From assembly GCA_965112155.1 (NCBI GenBank), contig OZ218101.1: DNA of 64,000 bases. One strand, written 5' to 3'. Both the position numbers and the translations under genes were made by a program. The notes under the pieces are model-generated. The model was given only the letters and a program-made list of their open reading frames with translations. It was not told the DNA's origin and did not search any database. This DNA comes from Podarcis liolepis. Taxonomy: Eukaryota. How positions within the stretch are numbered: position 1 is the first letter of the stretch; each line of letters starts with the position of its first letter. Shown piece after piece: positions 1 to 12,600 of the stretch.

Positions 1-528
1 TTCCTGCTGCAATTGTGACACAAGTGTATGTAGGCAGGTGTAACTTTCGGGACTGGTGCCTGAGTTTGATTATTTTCCTCTTCATTCCCTGTGCTTTCCT
101 TTTGTTGTGTTTGAATTGTAAGCATGTGGGCAGGCACTGTTTTTATTTTATTTCTGTGCCAAGGCATCTTACATATATACAAAAATAAAACTTTAAACTA
201 CAATATCCCTACAATACAATACAACATATATGTCTGTGTTCTTACGTAAACTACTCTAATGTCTGCTCAACTTAGAAGTTGAGAAAAAAATCTTAAATAT
301 TAGTGAGCTAGTAAACTGGTACTTTGAGTAGAAATTGGCTAGCTGATCAGCTGCAGTGCTTTTTGCAACAAATAGCTCAAGAGGCTTTCTGTGTCTTGAA
401 TAAGGACTTGATCAAACAAAGAAAAGCAAGGTTTGTAACTTGAATGAAGGGTGGGCGGGCGGGAGGGCTTATCTCCTCTGGCTTCATGCCAGCTGATTGA
501 AATGTCAAGTTTTTTCTTTATTTTGCAG

Positions 529-667
529 GAGAAAATAGTCAGATTCTGGAGCAAAATCTACTTGGAAATGCAGATGGTGACATTAGTTGTAAAAGCACCA
601 GGGATGCAGAGACCTCTGAAAGCCGGACTGGAGGGAAGTGCTTGGAAACACCCAATGCTGAGGAAAG
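529..667 (+). CDS. CENPJ: CENPJ exon (ENSQILEQ...PNAEER)
   Basis: ttttgcag acceptor, AG|gtgag donor; phase matches next exon. Confidence 0.85.
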
Positions 668-3600
668 GTGAGTTTGTATGCAAAATGGCCTTGATACCCA
701 GTGAACAACCCCCCACTTCCCAAAAAAGAAACCCAGTTGTGAAGGTAGAAAACTAGCAGTGGCAACTACCCAGTGTCATATGTACAATGACCTGAAAGTT
801 GGACAGAAGTTGTGGGTGTATGCTTGTTCTCCGAGAGTCAGGAGCACACTGCACAAGATTTCTATCCCCTTGAGACCAAGGTAGCTAACCTGGAGAAAAT
901 GAAAGAGGCCTTTGAGACATAGTTGAGGTGCCTTATTATCAGGGTCCTCTTCTGTTATGGGGAATGAGGGTCTATGGGGAAGGAGGTTGTCATTCTTAGA
1001 AAGAGGGATGTGATTCCTTTTAATAATAATAATAATAATAAATTTATTATTTGTACCCTGCCCATCTGGCTGGGTTTCACCAGCAACTCTGGGCGGCTTC
1101 CAACAAAGATTAAAAATACATTAAAATGTCACACATTAAAAACTTCCCTGAACAGAGCTGCCTTCAGATGTCTTCTAAATGCCAGGTAGTTGTTTATCTC
1201 TTTGACATCTGATGGGAGAGCGTTCCACAGGGCAGGCACCACTACCGAGAAAGCCCTCTGCCTGGTTCCCTGTAGCTTTGCTTCTCGCAGTGAGGGAACC
1301 ACCAGAAGGCCCTCGGTGCTGGACCTCAGCGTCTGGGCAGAATGATGGGGGTGGAGACGCTCCTTCAGGTATACTGGGCCGAGGCCGTTTAGGGCTTTAA
1401 AAGTCAACACCAACACTTCGAAGGGATCCATTCCTTTATGATGAACCAATATCCTGTATTTTATAAGATCTGACAATAAAATGTGAGTCTCTTGCAATAG
1501 ACCTGTTGCTGCTAGTATTCAAGAAAGAAAACAGACATTTGAAGAGTTCCTAGAAGAGCAGATACAACTAGAAGAACAACGGCTGAGCCAAAAAGGAAAT
1601 AAAAAGGTTAGTAATTAGAAATGCTTCTTGCAGTGATATATAAAATGTATAACAACTGTGAGAATAAGTTCCTGCTTCACTTATGTTGGTTTCACTCTTG
1701 TAGGTGCAACACATGAAATTCCAGACTTCCCAAAAAGTTTTATATGAGTACTTTGATAGAGCAAGCAAAACACATAAATAGAAATATAAGAAAATGAAAA
1801 GGTCTTTTTGTTTTTGTTTTTTAGGACTCTGAAAAATCAACATTCCAGACACCAGTTGCAAAACGACCCTTTCTAAAACGAGGTGAAGGTTTAAGGAGGT
1901 TTGCTGGTGCAAAATCCAAAGCAGCTAATCAGAAAGAAAGCAAAGTAACTCATCTTAATGCATCAGAAGTAAAAAACTCAGTTAAAGCAGACAAGCCACA
2001 GCTTCACCGGAAAACAGCCACTTCAAATAAAGAACAAACTTCTGACAATTTTGTGTCTAAAAATGGTAATCAGAATGGTAAAATGAAGAAAGCTCCAGCT
2101 CTTCCCGCTCGAAAAACAGCAGTGCTCAGAACTTGTGCTGGGAAAGCCATCCCTTCATCTACAAGACGAAATCCCAGTGAAAGGAAATCTGGACAACTCA
2201 GAGAGTTTGCCAAGTCAGAAATAAATGGTGAAAGAGAAAAGAATAAAGATAATATAATGGCACTTGCAAAGCTGGATGAAATTGGCTGTGAGTTACCCAA
2301 AGAAAAGTATGCGCAACCAGTACAAGTGACCAAACATCTTACAAATTCCTCTGAAAAAGACCTAGACCTCTCTTTTGAACTTTCTTTCCAGAAGAAATTG
2401 GAAAACTGGGATACTGAAAAGGAAAAAGAGGAAATTGAATTGGATGAATTTTTGTTTCTAGAGCAGGCTGCTGATGAAATCTCCTTTGCCAGCAATTCCT
2501 CACTTATTGTAAGGATCTTGGATCAAGGCCAGCAGATTTCTACAGGGCGCAGACTGTCTTCTACTCCCATTAAATCAAGGCAGCAACAACAGCAGATAAA
2601 TGTGCAGGACGCTACAGCTGTAGAGAACAGAAATGGAGACGCATGTGTTTCCCAACCAGCAAACAATGAGAAGGACAGAGGGATGATCACTGAATCCCAG
2701 GCACCTGAAATGCTGAAGGATCATCAAAATAAAATTGACAGTAAAATACTTCAAGCTTTCCCCACTGAGTTTCAAGGTTTTGGAGACACTGAGTGGGACG
2801 AAGATAAATCTGGTGAAAGTAGTGATGTGACTTTGGGGTCTGAGGAGGAATTTGAGACTACCATAAAGCCTGCTGAGAGAGCTAAAAAGTTTGATTTGAG
2901 TCATAGAGGTGACAGTCCTGAATTTTCAGAGTACAAAGAAGGCACAAATAGAGATGCCAGCCTTGGCTTACTGGAAAAAAATGTTGGTAGTATCCAGTGT
3001 AGCAAGATAAACAAGGGTTCTGAATTTCAAACTGTGTGTTGTGCAAATGGAAATCAAGTTGATTTTGATGACGAAACATCGTGGACGGACTTTGACGAGA
3101 ATGGGAGTCGGTGTACCCAAGTACCAAATGATGACTTGGTTATTAAAGGACCATTGTCCCCTGACTGTTCAGCTACAAATGAGGCATTTTTTCCAGATAA
3201 AAGGATAAAGAGGAAGATTGCTGTAGCAAAGAAAGGGGATGTTCTGCTCAGGCAAAGTGTGGCAGACAATGAGGCAATTGCACCCCCCGCAACAGATCTG
3301 ATGCTGAAGCTCTTTCCTTCTCTGAGGCCCAAACAGAAGGTAGAGGCACAGCAAAGACATGATGCCAAACCCAATGTGTCTCAGGAAGAATCAGGAGGTA
3401 AGCAAGAGGGATAAATGAGTATTGAGCGTAATAATCAGTCCCATAAATCTCCTCAATAGCAGTAGTAATCTTCAAAGCCTATATCCCTCTGTCCTGCTCT
3501 TCAGCTTGCATTCTCAGGGTTTTAGATTCTTAAACAAATTGCCAAGCAATTTATTGGAGCCAATTTGCTTTTCAGACTGGTTTCTATTGTAATGGCTACA

Positions 3601-6600
3601 ATTTTATGTGTTTTAAGCCCATTTATTTCATCCAGTCTTACAGCAACTCGCTCATAGTTTCAGTCTGGATATGTATGTGTAAAAGCTGACCTGGAAGTCA
3701 GCAGAGTTGGCTTTAAAACTCCTATAAAGATGGCAAAGATCAGAGAGGGCGGGAAACTGGTAAAACGTTACCACACAACAGTATGGTGCATACATTGACA
3801 TTGGTGCATCAAACATTGTGCACCTGTTCTTTGTCAGGAGACACGGCTCGTTCCCAGCTATTGAGAGAGAAACTTGTTGAATTGGAAGTTGAAATCGAAC
3901 GGTTTAGGGAAGAAAATGCGTCCCTCACAAAACTTCGAGAAGAGCGTGAGAAGGCTTTGGAGAAGTTCAGGTAACTTAAAGAGCCTGTCTGATTTCTATC
4001 CTGTTGGTGGGAAGCTGATTTAACCTAGAGCAGGCTTGCCACTTAGGACCCACCTGCCATCTGTGACAGCCCATTCATTTAAAATAAATCCACCCTTTCC
4101 TGTTAAAAAGCTCAAGGTGGCTAACAATGTATAAAAAATAAATAAAACCCACATCACTAGAAGCAGCAAGAAACAAAAAGATAAAAGGCGGCTATTGAAA
4201 ACAAGTGCATATTCTCAAGTGATAAAAACATTTCAATGCAGCTAAGACAGTCTGGTGCAGAAGCTTAAAATGACCCCCCCCCCAAAAAAACACCCCTCTA
4301 ATAAGCAGGAAGGAAGGTTTTAATGAAGTGATGGGAAGAGTTTTCTTTGCGGGGGTCTTTCATAACCTGGGTGGAGGCCACTGAAATGGTTATGGCCTGG
4401 TTCTACTGGGGGCCCTCTTCCGGGTGCCAACTAAGCATAGTTCGGGGGAATGCACAAGAGGGCGTAAGATATTAACAGACGAGTGGGTTCATACAGGACT
4501 AGGTTGCCCTTCAGTTATCCTGGTCCCAAACCATGAAGGGCTTTAAAGTTGCCACCAGCACTTAGAATTGGGACAAGATACAAGTTGGAAGCCAGAGTAG
4601 TTGTTTCAATAAGAGAGTCACATACTCTGGTGAACCACTGAGCTGCCATGTTTTGTACCAGTTACAGGTTTCTGGACTTTCTTAATAATGAGGCCGTATG
4701 CAGAAGGCATAGTAGTCCAGCTGTTCAGCATGTGTTTAAAATGGCATGCAGGACAATGTGCAAGCCAGTGGGACCCATAGCCCAGGGGCAGAATAGTACC
4801 TAGAAATACCATCCCTTAATATTAAATCTCAAAAATACCATCAAATGCCAACAGTGTCCTTCAGCTCTCTATATTGGACAAACAGGCCAAACCTTACGCC
4901 AAAGAATAAACGGACATAAATCTGACATCAAGAATCACAAAACAGAGAAACCAGTAGGAGAACACTTCAATCTCCCAGGACATTCTATACAAGATCTCAA
5001 AGTAGCTGTTTTACTACAAAGGAATTTCAGAAATAGACTGGAAAGAGAAGCTGCTGAATTGCAACTCATTACCAAACTTAAAACCATGGAGAGACCTGGT
5101 CTGAACAAAGACATTGGATTCTTACCTCATTATACATGACTAAGCCATTTCTCACCTTCTCACCCCTTGCCTTTTCCTATAAGACCTATTACAGTCGTTA
5201 AGAGTCGTCAACAGGCTCATCTCAGCTATCTGCCAATCTCCCATTCCCACCACCCTTCTGAGTAATACCCCTCCCCACCTTCTCACTATATAGAAGGGTC
5301 TGGCAACTTCTGTTTCAGTGTATCTGAAGAAGTGTGCATGCACACGAAAGCTCATACCAAGAACTAACTTAGTTGGTCTTTAAGGTGCTACTGGAAGGAA
5401 TTTTTTTATCTCAAAAATACTGACATCTAGATAACAGTTGATAACAATGCAATTGACTAATTCAGCTGCAGTAAAAGATGCCAGAGACAATGCATCATAC
5501 AGGGCTAATATAATTTGGTAGTTTGCAAACAATAAACTAAGTCATGCAGCTATTTATACTGGGCAGCTGGAAATTACCGATTTTGCTAACCAAGAAATAT
5601 TGTGGAATTTCTGAAGATATGGCCTGTTGGTTTACTGGGATTTATGTAGAGAGCCAAGAAGGATGACGTAAGAAAGCATGCGGTTTGTTAAAGCAACAGT
5701 GCCTGGTGGTTGTGTTCTAGGAGAGCTTTTTAAAAATATACTATATGGGGTAGCTTGTGGAGCTAACAGTCCTAAGTTATAATGTTATCAGTAAAACATA
5801 CAATTTTTCAAGGAGCAGCATTTTTTGCTGTTCTGAAATAATTACTGTAAATTTTCAGGAAAGAAGTTGCTGACTTTGAACAACAGAAAGCCAAAGAGCT
5901 TACCCGAATAGAAGAATTTAAAAAAGAAGAAACAAGAAAGCTGCAAAAAGAACGTAAAGTTTTTGAGAAGTATGCACAGGCAGCTAGAGCTATTCCAGAT
6001 AAAAAGGAACGGGATGAAATTCAGGTATGGATGCAGGGGAAAACCTATATGGTTACTTTGATTGGGATCAGATTTACTGGTTGTTGATTTAAGGTGAAGA
6101 ATGTCCACTGAGTAATTTTATTACAGGTATTGCATTTATTACTGCAGTGTAAAGTGATTTGTCTTTTTCTTCAGTTTGTGTATTTTAACATAGCAGCAAA
6201 TGACCTGCTTGCATGTTGTTTTCTCAAGGCTTTGAAGCAGCAAATGGCAACCTTGCAGGAAGATTTAAAAAGAAGAGAGACAAAATGGTCAACAACCCAC
6301 ATTCGTCTTAGAGACCAGATAGAGGCCTTAACTAGGGAGAATGTGCAACTACGGGAAGAGATCAAAATTATGGAACGATTTCGTTTGGATGCTTGGAAGA
6401 GAAAAGAGGCATCTATAAACAAGAAGAAAACTGGCTGTGATAAGAAAGCAGAGTCGGCAGTAAGGTTTCTTTCCCCCTTCTATCTCTTTTCAGGCGTAAA
6501 AGTGGTAGTGTGGTTAATGTGTCACACTCAGACTGGGAGACCCGGGTTCAAATCCCCACTCAGTCATGAAGCTCACACTTTCTCTGCCTAACCTATTTCC

Positions 6601-9600
6601 CAGGGTTGCTGTAACAATAAGAGTTGCGTGGAGGAAAAACACACATGAAACTTGCCTGAAAAGGATGAATTAAGGAAACACAAACTGCCCAGGCACCTTA
6701 GGTTGCACAAATTTGACTTACATTTGCGTACTTGTCATTATTGAGAGTCAGGCTGATGTTTTTGAGCCCTGGCCTAGGCAAACTCCGGCCCTCCAGATGT
6801 TTAGGACTACAGTTCCCATCATCCCTAGCTAACAGGACCAGTGGACAGGATGAGAATTGTAGTCCCAAACATCTGGAGGGCTGGAGTTTTCTATGCCTGC
6901 ATTAGTCTGTCTCTTTTGGTAGGAGAGTTTTGTGTGTGCAGCTGTTAAGGTAGAATCATTAATGTGGAACTGCTGGGACAGAACTTTTCAACTTTTTTTG
7001 ATTTGACAAGCTGCCTTCATTTCTAAAGTGTTTGAACGAGTATCCGGAGTCATGTGAGCACACTTCCTCCTCACTAGTGCTCCCCCAATCCAAATCTGCT
7101 CTGGAGGATTCCTCAACTGTTCAGGGCACATGTTGGCAGGTTGTGGGGAAAAGAGTGAGAAGTCCACTTGGGTAGGTGGCCACTGTTGGCTTTCACTCTA
7201 TATTATATATTACTGAACAGCTCTCAGGCACACAGTTCCAAGTATGAATAAGCAAAAGTGCATACATGTTGTAAACAGGTTCCTACCATATTGACTTTAG
7301 TTTTATGTTGCAAATAGCTTTGTGAACATACCGTATTTTTCGCCCTATAGGACGCATTTCCCCCCCTCCAAAAATGAAGGGGAAATGTGTGTGCGTCCTA
7401 TGGGGCGAATACAGGCTTTTGCTGAAGCCTGGAGAGTGAGAGGAGTCGGTGCGCACCGACCCCTCTCGCTCTCCAGGCTTCAGGAAGCCCTGCGCAACCC
7501 TCGGGAGACCGACGCGACTTAGCGCCGGGCTCCCAAGGGTTGCGCAGAGCTGCCTGCGCTCCCGGGCTTCCCGGAGAGCTGCCTGCATTCTGAAGCCTGG
7601 GGTGCGCTGAAGAGCGCGTCCGGGCTTCGCGCAGCTCTCCGCAAGCCTGGGGAGACCGGCGCGGCTCCCTAGGCTTGCGGATAGCAGGCTGTTCTGGGGT
7701 CGGGGGAAGCTCGGGCTTCCCCCGCGCCAGTCCTGTGCCTGGGGGGGGGGGGGAAATAATTCCCCCCTTTATCCCCCCCCCCCAGAAAAACTAGGTGCGT
7801 CCTATGGGGCAAAAAATACAGTAATTTTGAAAAGTGGTGTATAAATATGGTAAAATAATCACCTTTTACTTTTTGGGGAAAAGGTTTGTGTTCCTGAATA
7901 TTATCATTGTAGCATTTTAACAACAACAAAAAATCTCAATATGCCCCTGCTTTACATCCCCCCCTAGCACTCTCCAGCTATATTGCAAAAAAACCAGACT
8001 CTGCCTTCAATTCCTCAAGCAGAAAAGAGCAGCAAGATGAATGGCAAAAGTGATCTGTCATCAGAAGGTAACTATACTTAGGATACAGTACCATTTCTAG
8101 TAAGCAGCAATATGACATTTTATATGCAAGTCTGCATGTTACATACCTTGTCATTCTAACACTTCAGCTACCTCCAACCCCCCCCCCACACTACTGGTAT
8201 GTTTTACAGTAATTTACCCAAGTAGCAGTAATGCCACTGATAATAAAAAAAATTCCTTCCAGTAGCACCTTAAAGACCAACTAAGTTAGTTCTTGGTATG
8301 AGCTTTCGTGTGCATGCACACTTCTTCAGATACACTGAAATATTTAGTGTGGGCCTCAAATTAAATAAGAGGTAGCAGAAAATTTGAGAGGGATGTACCT
8401 ACTTTCTCCCCATGTCCTAGGAAATATAAAATATTAGAATGATATTTTTATTATTGTTTGAAATAGGAAGACCCTGTGCAAAATTTAAACTAGCAGCTGC
8501 ACCTGAAGAGAGTTGCTTGAACAATGTGGCAGTGACTTTTGAAGATTCCTCCAAAGCATTTATGGCTGTAAGTAAAGTACAAGAATGTTGGCTCCTGGTT
8601 TCATAAGGCAGCCTAGGGCCTTGGATAGAAATGTTTAAGCTGTGTAATAGATAGCCAAAACTGACCCAAGGATGATTGCAGCATCAAGGAAGTAAGAAAA
8701 CGCTGGGGAGGTTGCTATGTTAAATCTCCTCTTGCTCTTCTTGACTGTTTGTGCTGCTCCTTTGGTTGAGAAATAACCCAATTTTTATGGATTAAATTTA
8801 TATTCAGTATAAAGGTATGAAAGGTTATAGATATTAAATTCTAGGGAAAACAGTGTTACATTCTCATTTAAAGAATGTAGGATACTGTAGCTGTATAATA
8901 GATTTTAGTCCCGTTTTGCTATTGGCATCTTTTCTCTGCAGAACAGGAATAGAGCATGCCTTCAGGGGTAGTATTTTGTGGGATGAGCACAGTCCAGGAA
9001 ATTTAGGTTTGCACATTTAAACCATGGCAGACACATCATTGTGGAAGGGGTCCTGTAATGATAGTCTGAAGACCATTTCAGTAGAGGATTTCAGTTTACG
9101 TGAATGAAGCTTGTCTTGTAGAGAAGTTCCCAGATTGTCACCATTTAATGCCCCCAGTAATATGATTTGCCTCTCAAGACAAATTTATACAGTTTTGCCC
9201 ACCTCCCATTTCAGAATTTACCTGGTAATGGAACTGTTGAATCGTCACCATCACTAAGTCCTGATTCATCAGACAGTGAAGACGAAATAGAGAGTGAAGC
9301 CAATCATCCTGATGGAAAGGTAGTAAGTTGTTGTTTTTTCTAGCACATGGGTGGGGGAACCTGTGGCTCTCCAGATGCTGCGGGACTCAAACTTCCTTTG
9401 GGGCCAGCCAACATGGTCAAGTTCCATGGGAATTGTCATCAAAATCAGGAGCGCAGCAGGTTTCCCATCCCTGCTCTGAAGCGATTCCAGAAAGTAATAC
9501 CGGGAGAACATTGCTATGTAAAGGAAATGCTTGCTCTTTCTTGCCTCAGAAAGGATGGCCAGTTCCATACCTGCACCACCTATGAAAGTGCAGTGCTGCT

Positions 9601-12600
9601 GCTGCTGCTGCTAGGCTTGGGAGCCTTTTTGGATCTGAACTAGATGTTTATGCCATTCTGCCTAATTTTCAGAATGGAGCCCAAAGAATGCAGGGAAAAA
9701 TAAGAGGTGGTAACTATTTATGTATTTTTCATATTCATATACCACTTAACTACCATCGTATCTAAGTACTGTACAAGAAATAAAAAATCAGAAAAGGTGA
9801 AAATTGGTTAAAACTGTAAAACCAGACTTAAAGTGTCCTGGAATAAAAGTATGGAAGTTCAGGGAGCTTCACCAAATTGGGCCTGCAATACTAAATGCAT
9901 GGCTTCCATCTTTGCCACAGTAGACCCACTAAAAATGACTCTGCCAAAGACCGCAGGGATTAGGCGGTCCTGTCAAGGCCCTTGTACAGTGCTACCTCGC
10001 AAGACGAATGCCTCGCAAGACGAAAAACGAGCAAGACGAAAGAGTTTTCCGTTTTTTGAGTCGTTCCGCAAGACGAATTTCCCTATGGGCTTGCTTCGCA
10101 AGATGAAACGTCTTGCGAGTTCTTGTGAGTTTGTTTCCTTTTTCTTATAGCCGCTAAGCCGCTAATAGCCGTGCTTCGCAAGACGAAAAAACCGCAAGAC
10201 GAAGAGACTCGCGGAACAGATTAATTTCGTCTTGCGAGGCACCACTGTAAATAAAAACAGTCTTCTCAATACAGTTTTGCTGAATTTCATGCTGAATTTA
10301 GGTCCAGTCCCTATTATGCAGAGGAAACCAATGTACTTTTATACAGCCAAACCAAAGCCTACTTTTATACAGTCTTGCAGCTGTTTCCCATGCATTTGCA
10401 TAATACTCAAGGCCGGGTCATGCTCAGCCACAGTTAATGGTTATGCCCCACAGCAAATGTGGGAATGAACCTCAGGCTTGTATGATCTTTCTCAGTCCAC
10501 AGAGAAACGCTTGGTGCTTATGTGAAGGCCTAACTCGAGAGTGATCTGCCTACAGAAAGGGGGTGGGATGGCTCTGGATCCATTCCAGTCTGGCTTCCGC
10601 GCTGGTCATGGGACCGAGACGGCTCTGGTTGCCCTAACAGACGATCTCCGCAAGCAGCTGGATCGTGGCAGGTCGGGGCTGCTGATTCTTCTAGACCTGT
10701 CAGCAGCCTTCGACATGGTCGATCATGAACTCCTGGACCACCGCCTTGCCGAAGTGGGGATCCAGGGCACAGTCCTTCAATGGCTGCGCTCGTTTCTCTC
10801 TGGCCAGGGACAGAGGGTGGCGCTTGGGGGGAGGGGGAATTGTCATCCTTGGTGTGTGGAGTGCCTCAGGGTGCGATACTTTCCCTGATGCTTTTTAACA
10901 TCTTTATGCGCCCCCTCGCCCAGCTTGTCCAGCGTTTTGGGCTGGGCTGCCATCAGTATGCCAATGACACCCAACTCTATCTGTTGATGGATGGCCATCC
11001 TGACTCGGCCCCAGACACACTGACCAGATGTTTGGAAGCTGTGGCTGGATGGTTACGTGGGAGCCAGTTGAAGTTAATTCCTTCAAAGACAGAGGTCCTC
11101 TGGCTGGGACGGGACAATATGGGATTGAGGGGGCAACTCCCATCTCTTGCGGGGGTGCAATTAGTGCCAGCACCGTCCGTTAAGGGTTTGGGTGTAATCT
11201 TCGATACCTCCCTCTCCATGGAGGTGCAGATTACAGCTATAACAAAGGCGGCATTTTTTCATCTCCGCCAAGCTAAGCAGTTGGCTCCTTACCTCTCTCG
11301 CCCTGACCTAGCCACTGTGATCCACGCGACGGTCACCTCCAGACTGGATTATTGTAACTCACTCTACGTGGGGCTGCCCTTGAGACTGACCCAGAAACTC
11401 CAGCGGGTGCAGAATGCCGCGGCGAGACTCCTTACGGGGTCTTCGCTGCGAGATCACATTCATCCGGTGCTATACCAGCTGCACTGGCTCCCGGTAGAGT
11501 ACAGGATCAGGTTTAAGGTGCTGGTTTTAATCTTTAAAGCCCTATACGGCCTAGGACCCTCATAGCTACGCGACCGCCTCTCCTGGTATGTCCTACAGAG
11601 GAACTTATGGTCTTCAAACAAAAACATCCTGAAGGTCCCAGGCCACAGAGAGGTTAGGCTGGCCTCAACTAGAGCCAGGGCTTTTTCGGCTGTGGCTCCA
11701 ATCTGGTGGAACGCTGTCACAAGAGACTAGGGCCCTGCGGGACTTGACATCTTTCTGCAGGGCCTGCAAGACAGAGCTGTTCCACCAGGCCTTTGGTCAG
11801 GGCACAGCCTGACTCCCTCCTTTGGCAATCTTCACAGAACTTTAGCTTAATGGTTGCCATCAATTTGATTTTAATTAATTTTTATAATGAAATGTTTTTA
11901 GAATGTTGCACTATTTTATTGTTGTTAGCCGCCCTGAGCCCAGCTTCCGCTGGGGAGGGTGGGATATAAATAAAATTTATTATTATTATTCTTTTGAGTG
12001 TGTGTGGCCCACTCATGTAAGCTGCAATCAAATAAATAAGAAAAATCCTACATCCAATTTCTGGGCCTCTGGATTTGTGAAGCATGCCCCATACTCTTGA
12101 ATTTCTAAGGGCACCGTATTTAGAAGTGGGAGGGATACTATCCCTTATTATCAGATAAGCTCTGTTTGGGTTTGTTTGTTTTGGCCTCTTCCCCTTTCTT
12201 ATTCTCTGCTTGGCTTAGTCTATAGAAATTCAGTCAGAATTGTTACGATATATGCTTTTATTTCACTTCTTTCAGGTTGAAAAGATTTTAAAAAATGGAT
12301 CCCACCTGATTATTTTCCCCAATGGCACACGGAAAGAAGTGAGCTGTGATGGGAAGACTACAACTGTAACCTTCTTTAATGGGGATGTAAAGCAAGTTCT
12401 GGATGATCGGAGAGTGGTATGTATCCAGTAAGAAGTATGTGCCATTCAGATATGGACAGAAGGTTCTATTCATGCTAAATCTGTTACCTCTTCTCAACAG
12501 ATATACTATTATGCAGATGCCAAGACTACGCACACCACCTACCCCACAGGCTTAGAGGTCCTACATTTCTCAAATGGACAAATAGGTAAACGGAGACCTG

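Noticed and set aside
2070-3475. Several minus-strand ORFs
   Set aside because: Antisense shadows of the large CENPJ exon.
9987-10247. Regularly spaced GCAAGACGAA repeats resembling a CRISPR array (also 49.9-50.5 kb)
   Set aside because: Short subterminal repeats inside TA-flanked TIR MITEs in a vertebrate genome; no cas genes or constant-length spacers.
10541-11565. ORFs of 115 and 261 aa as a host gene or active reverse transcriptase
   Set aside because: 5'-truncated L2 ORF2 with a frameshift and YADD->YAND; a dead TE.
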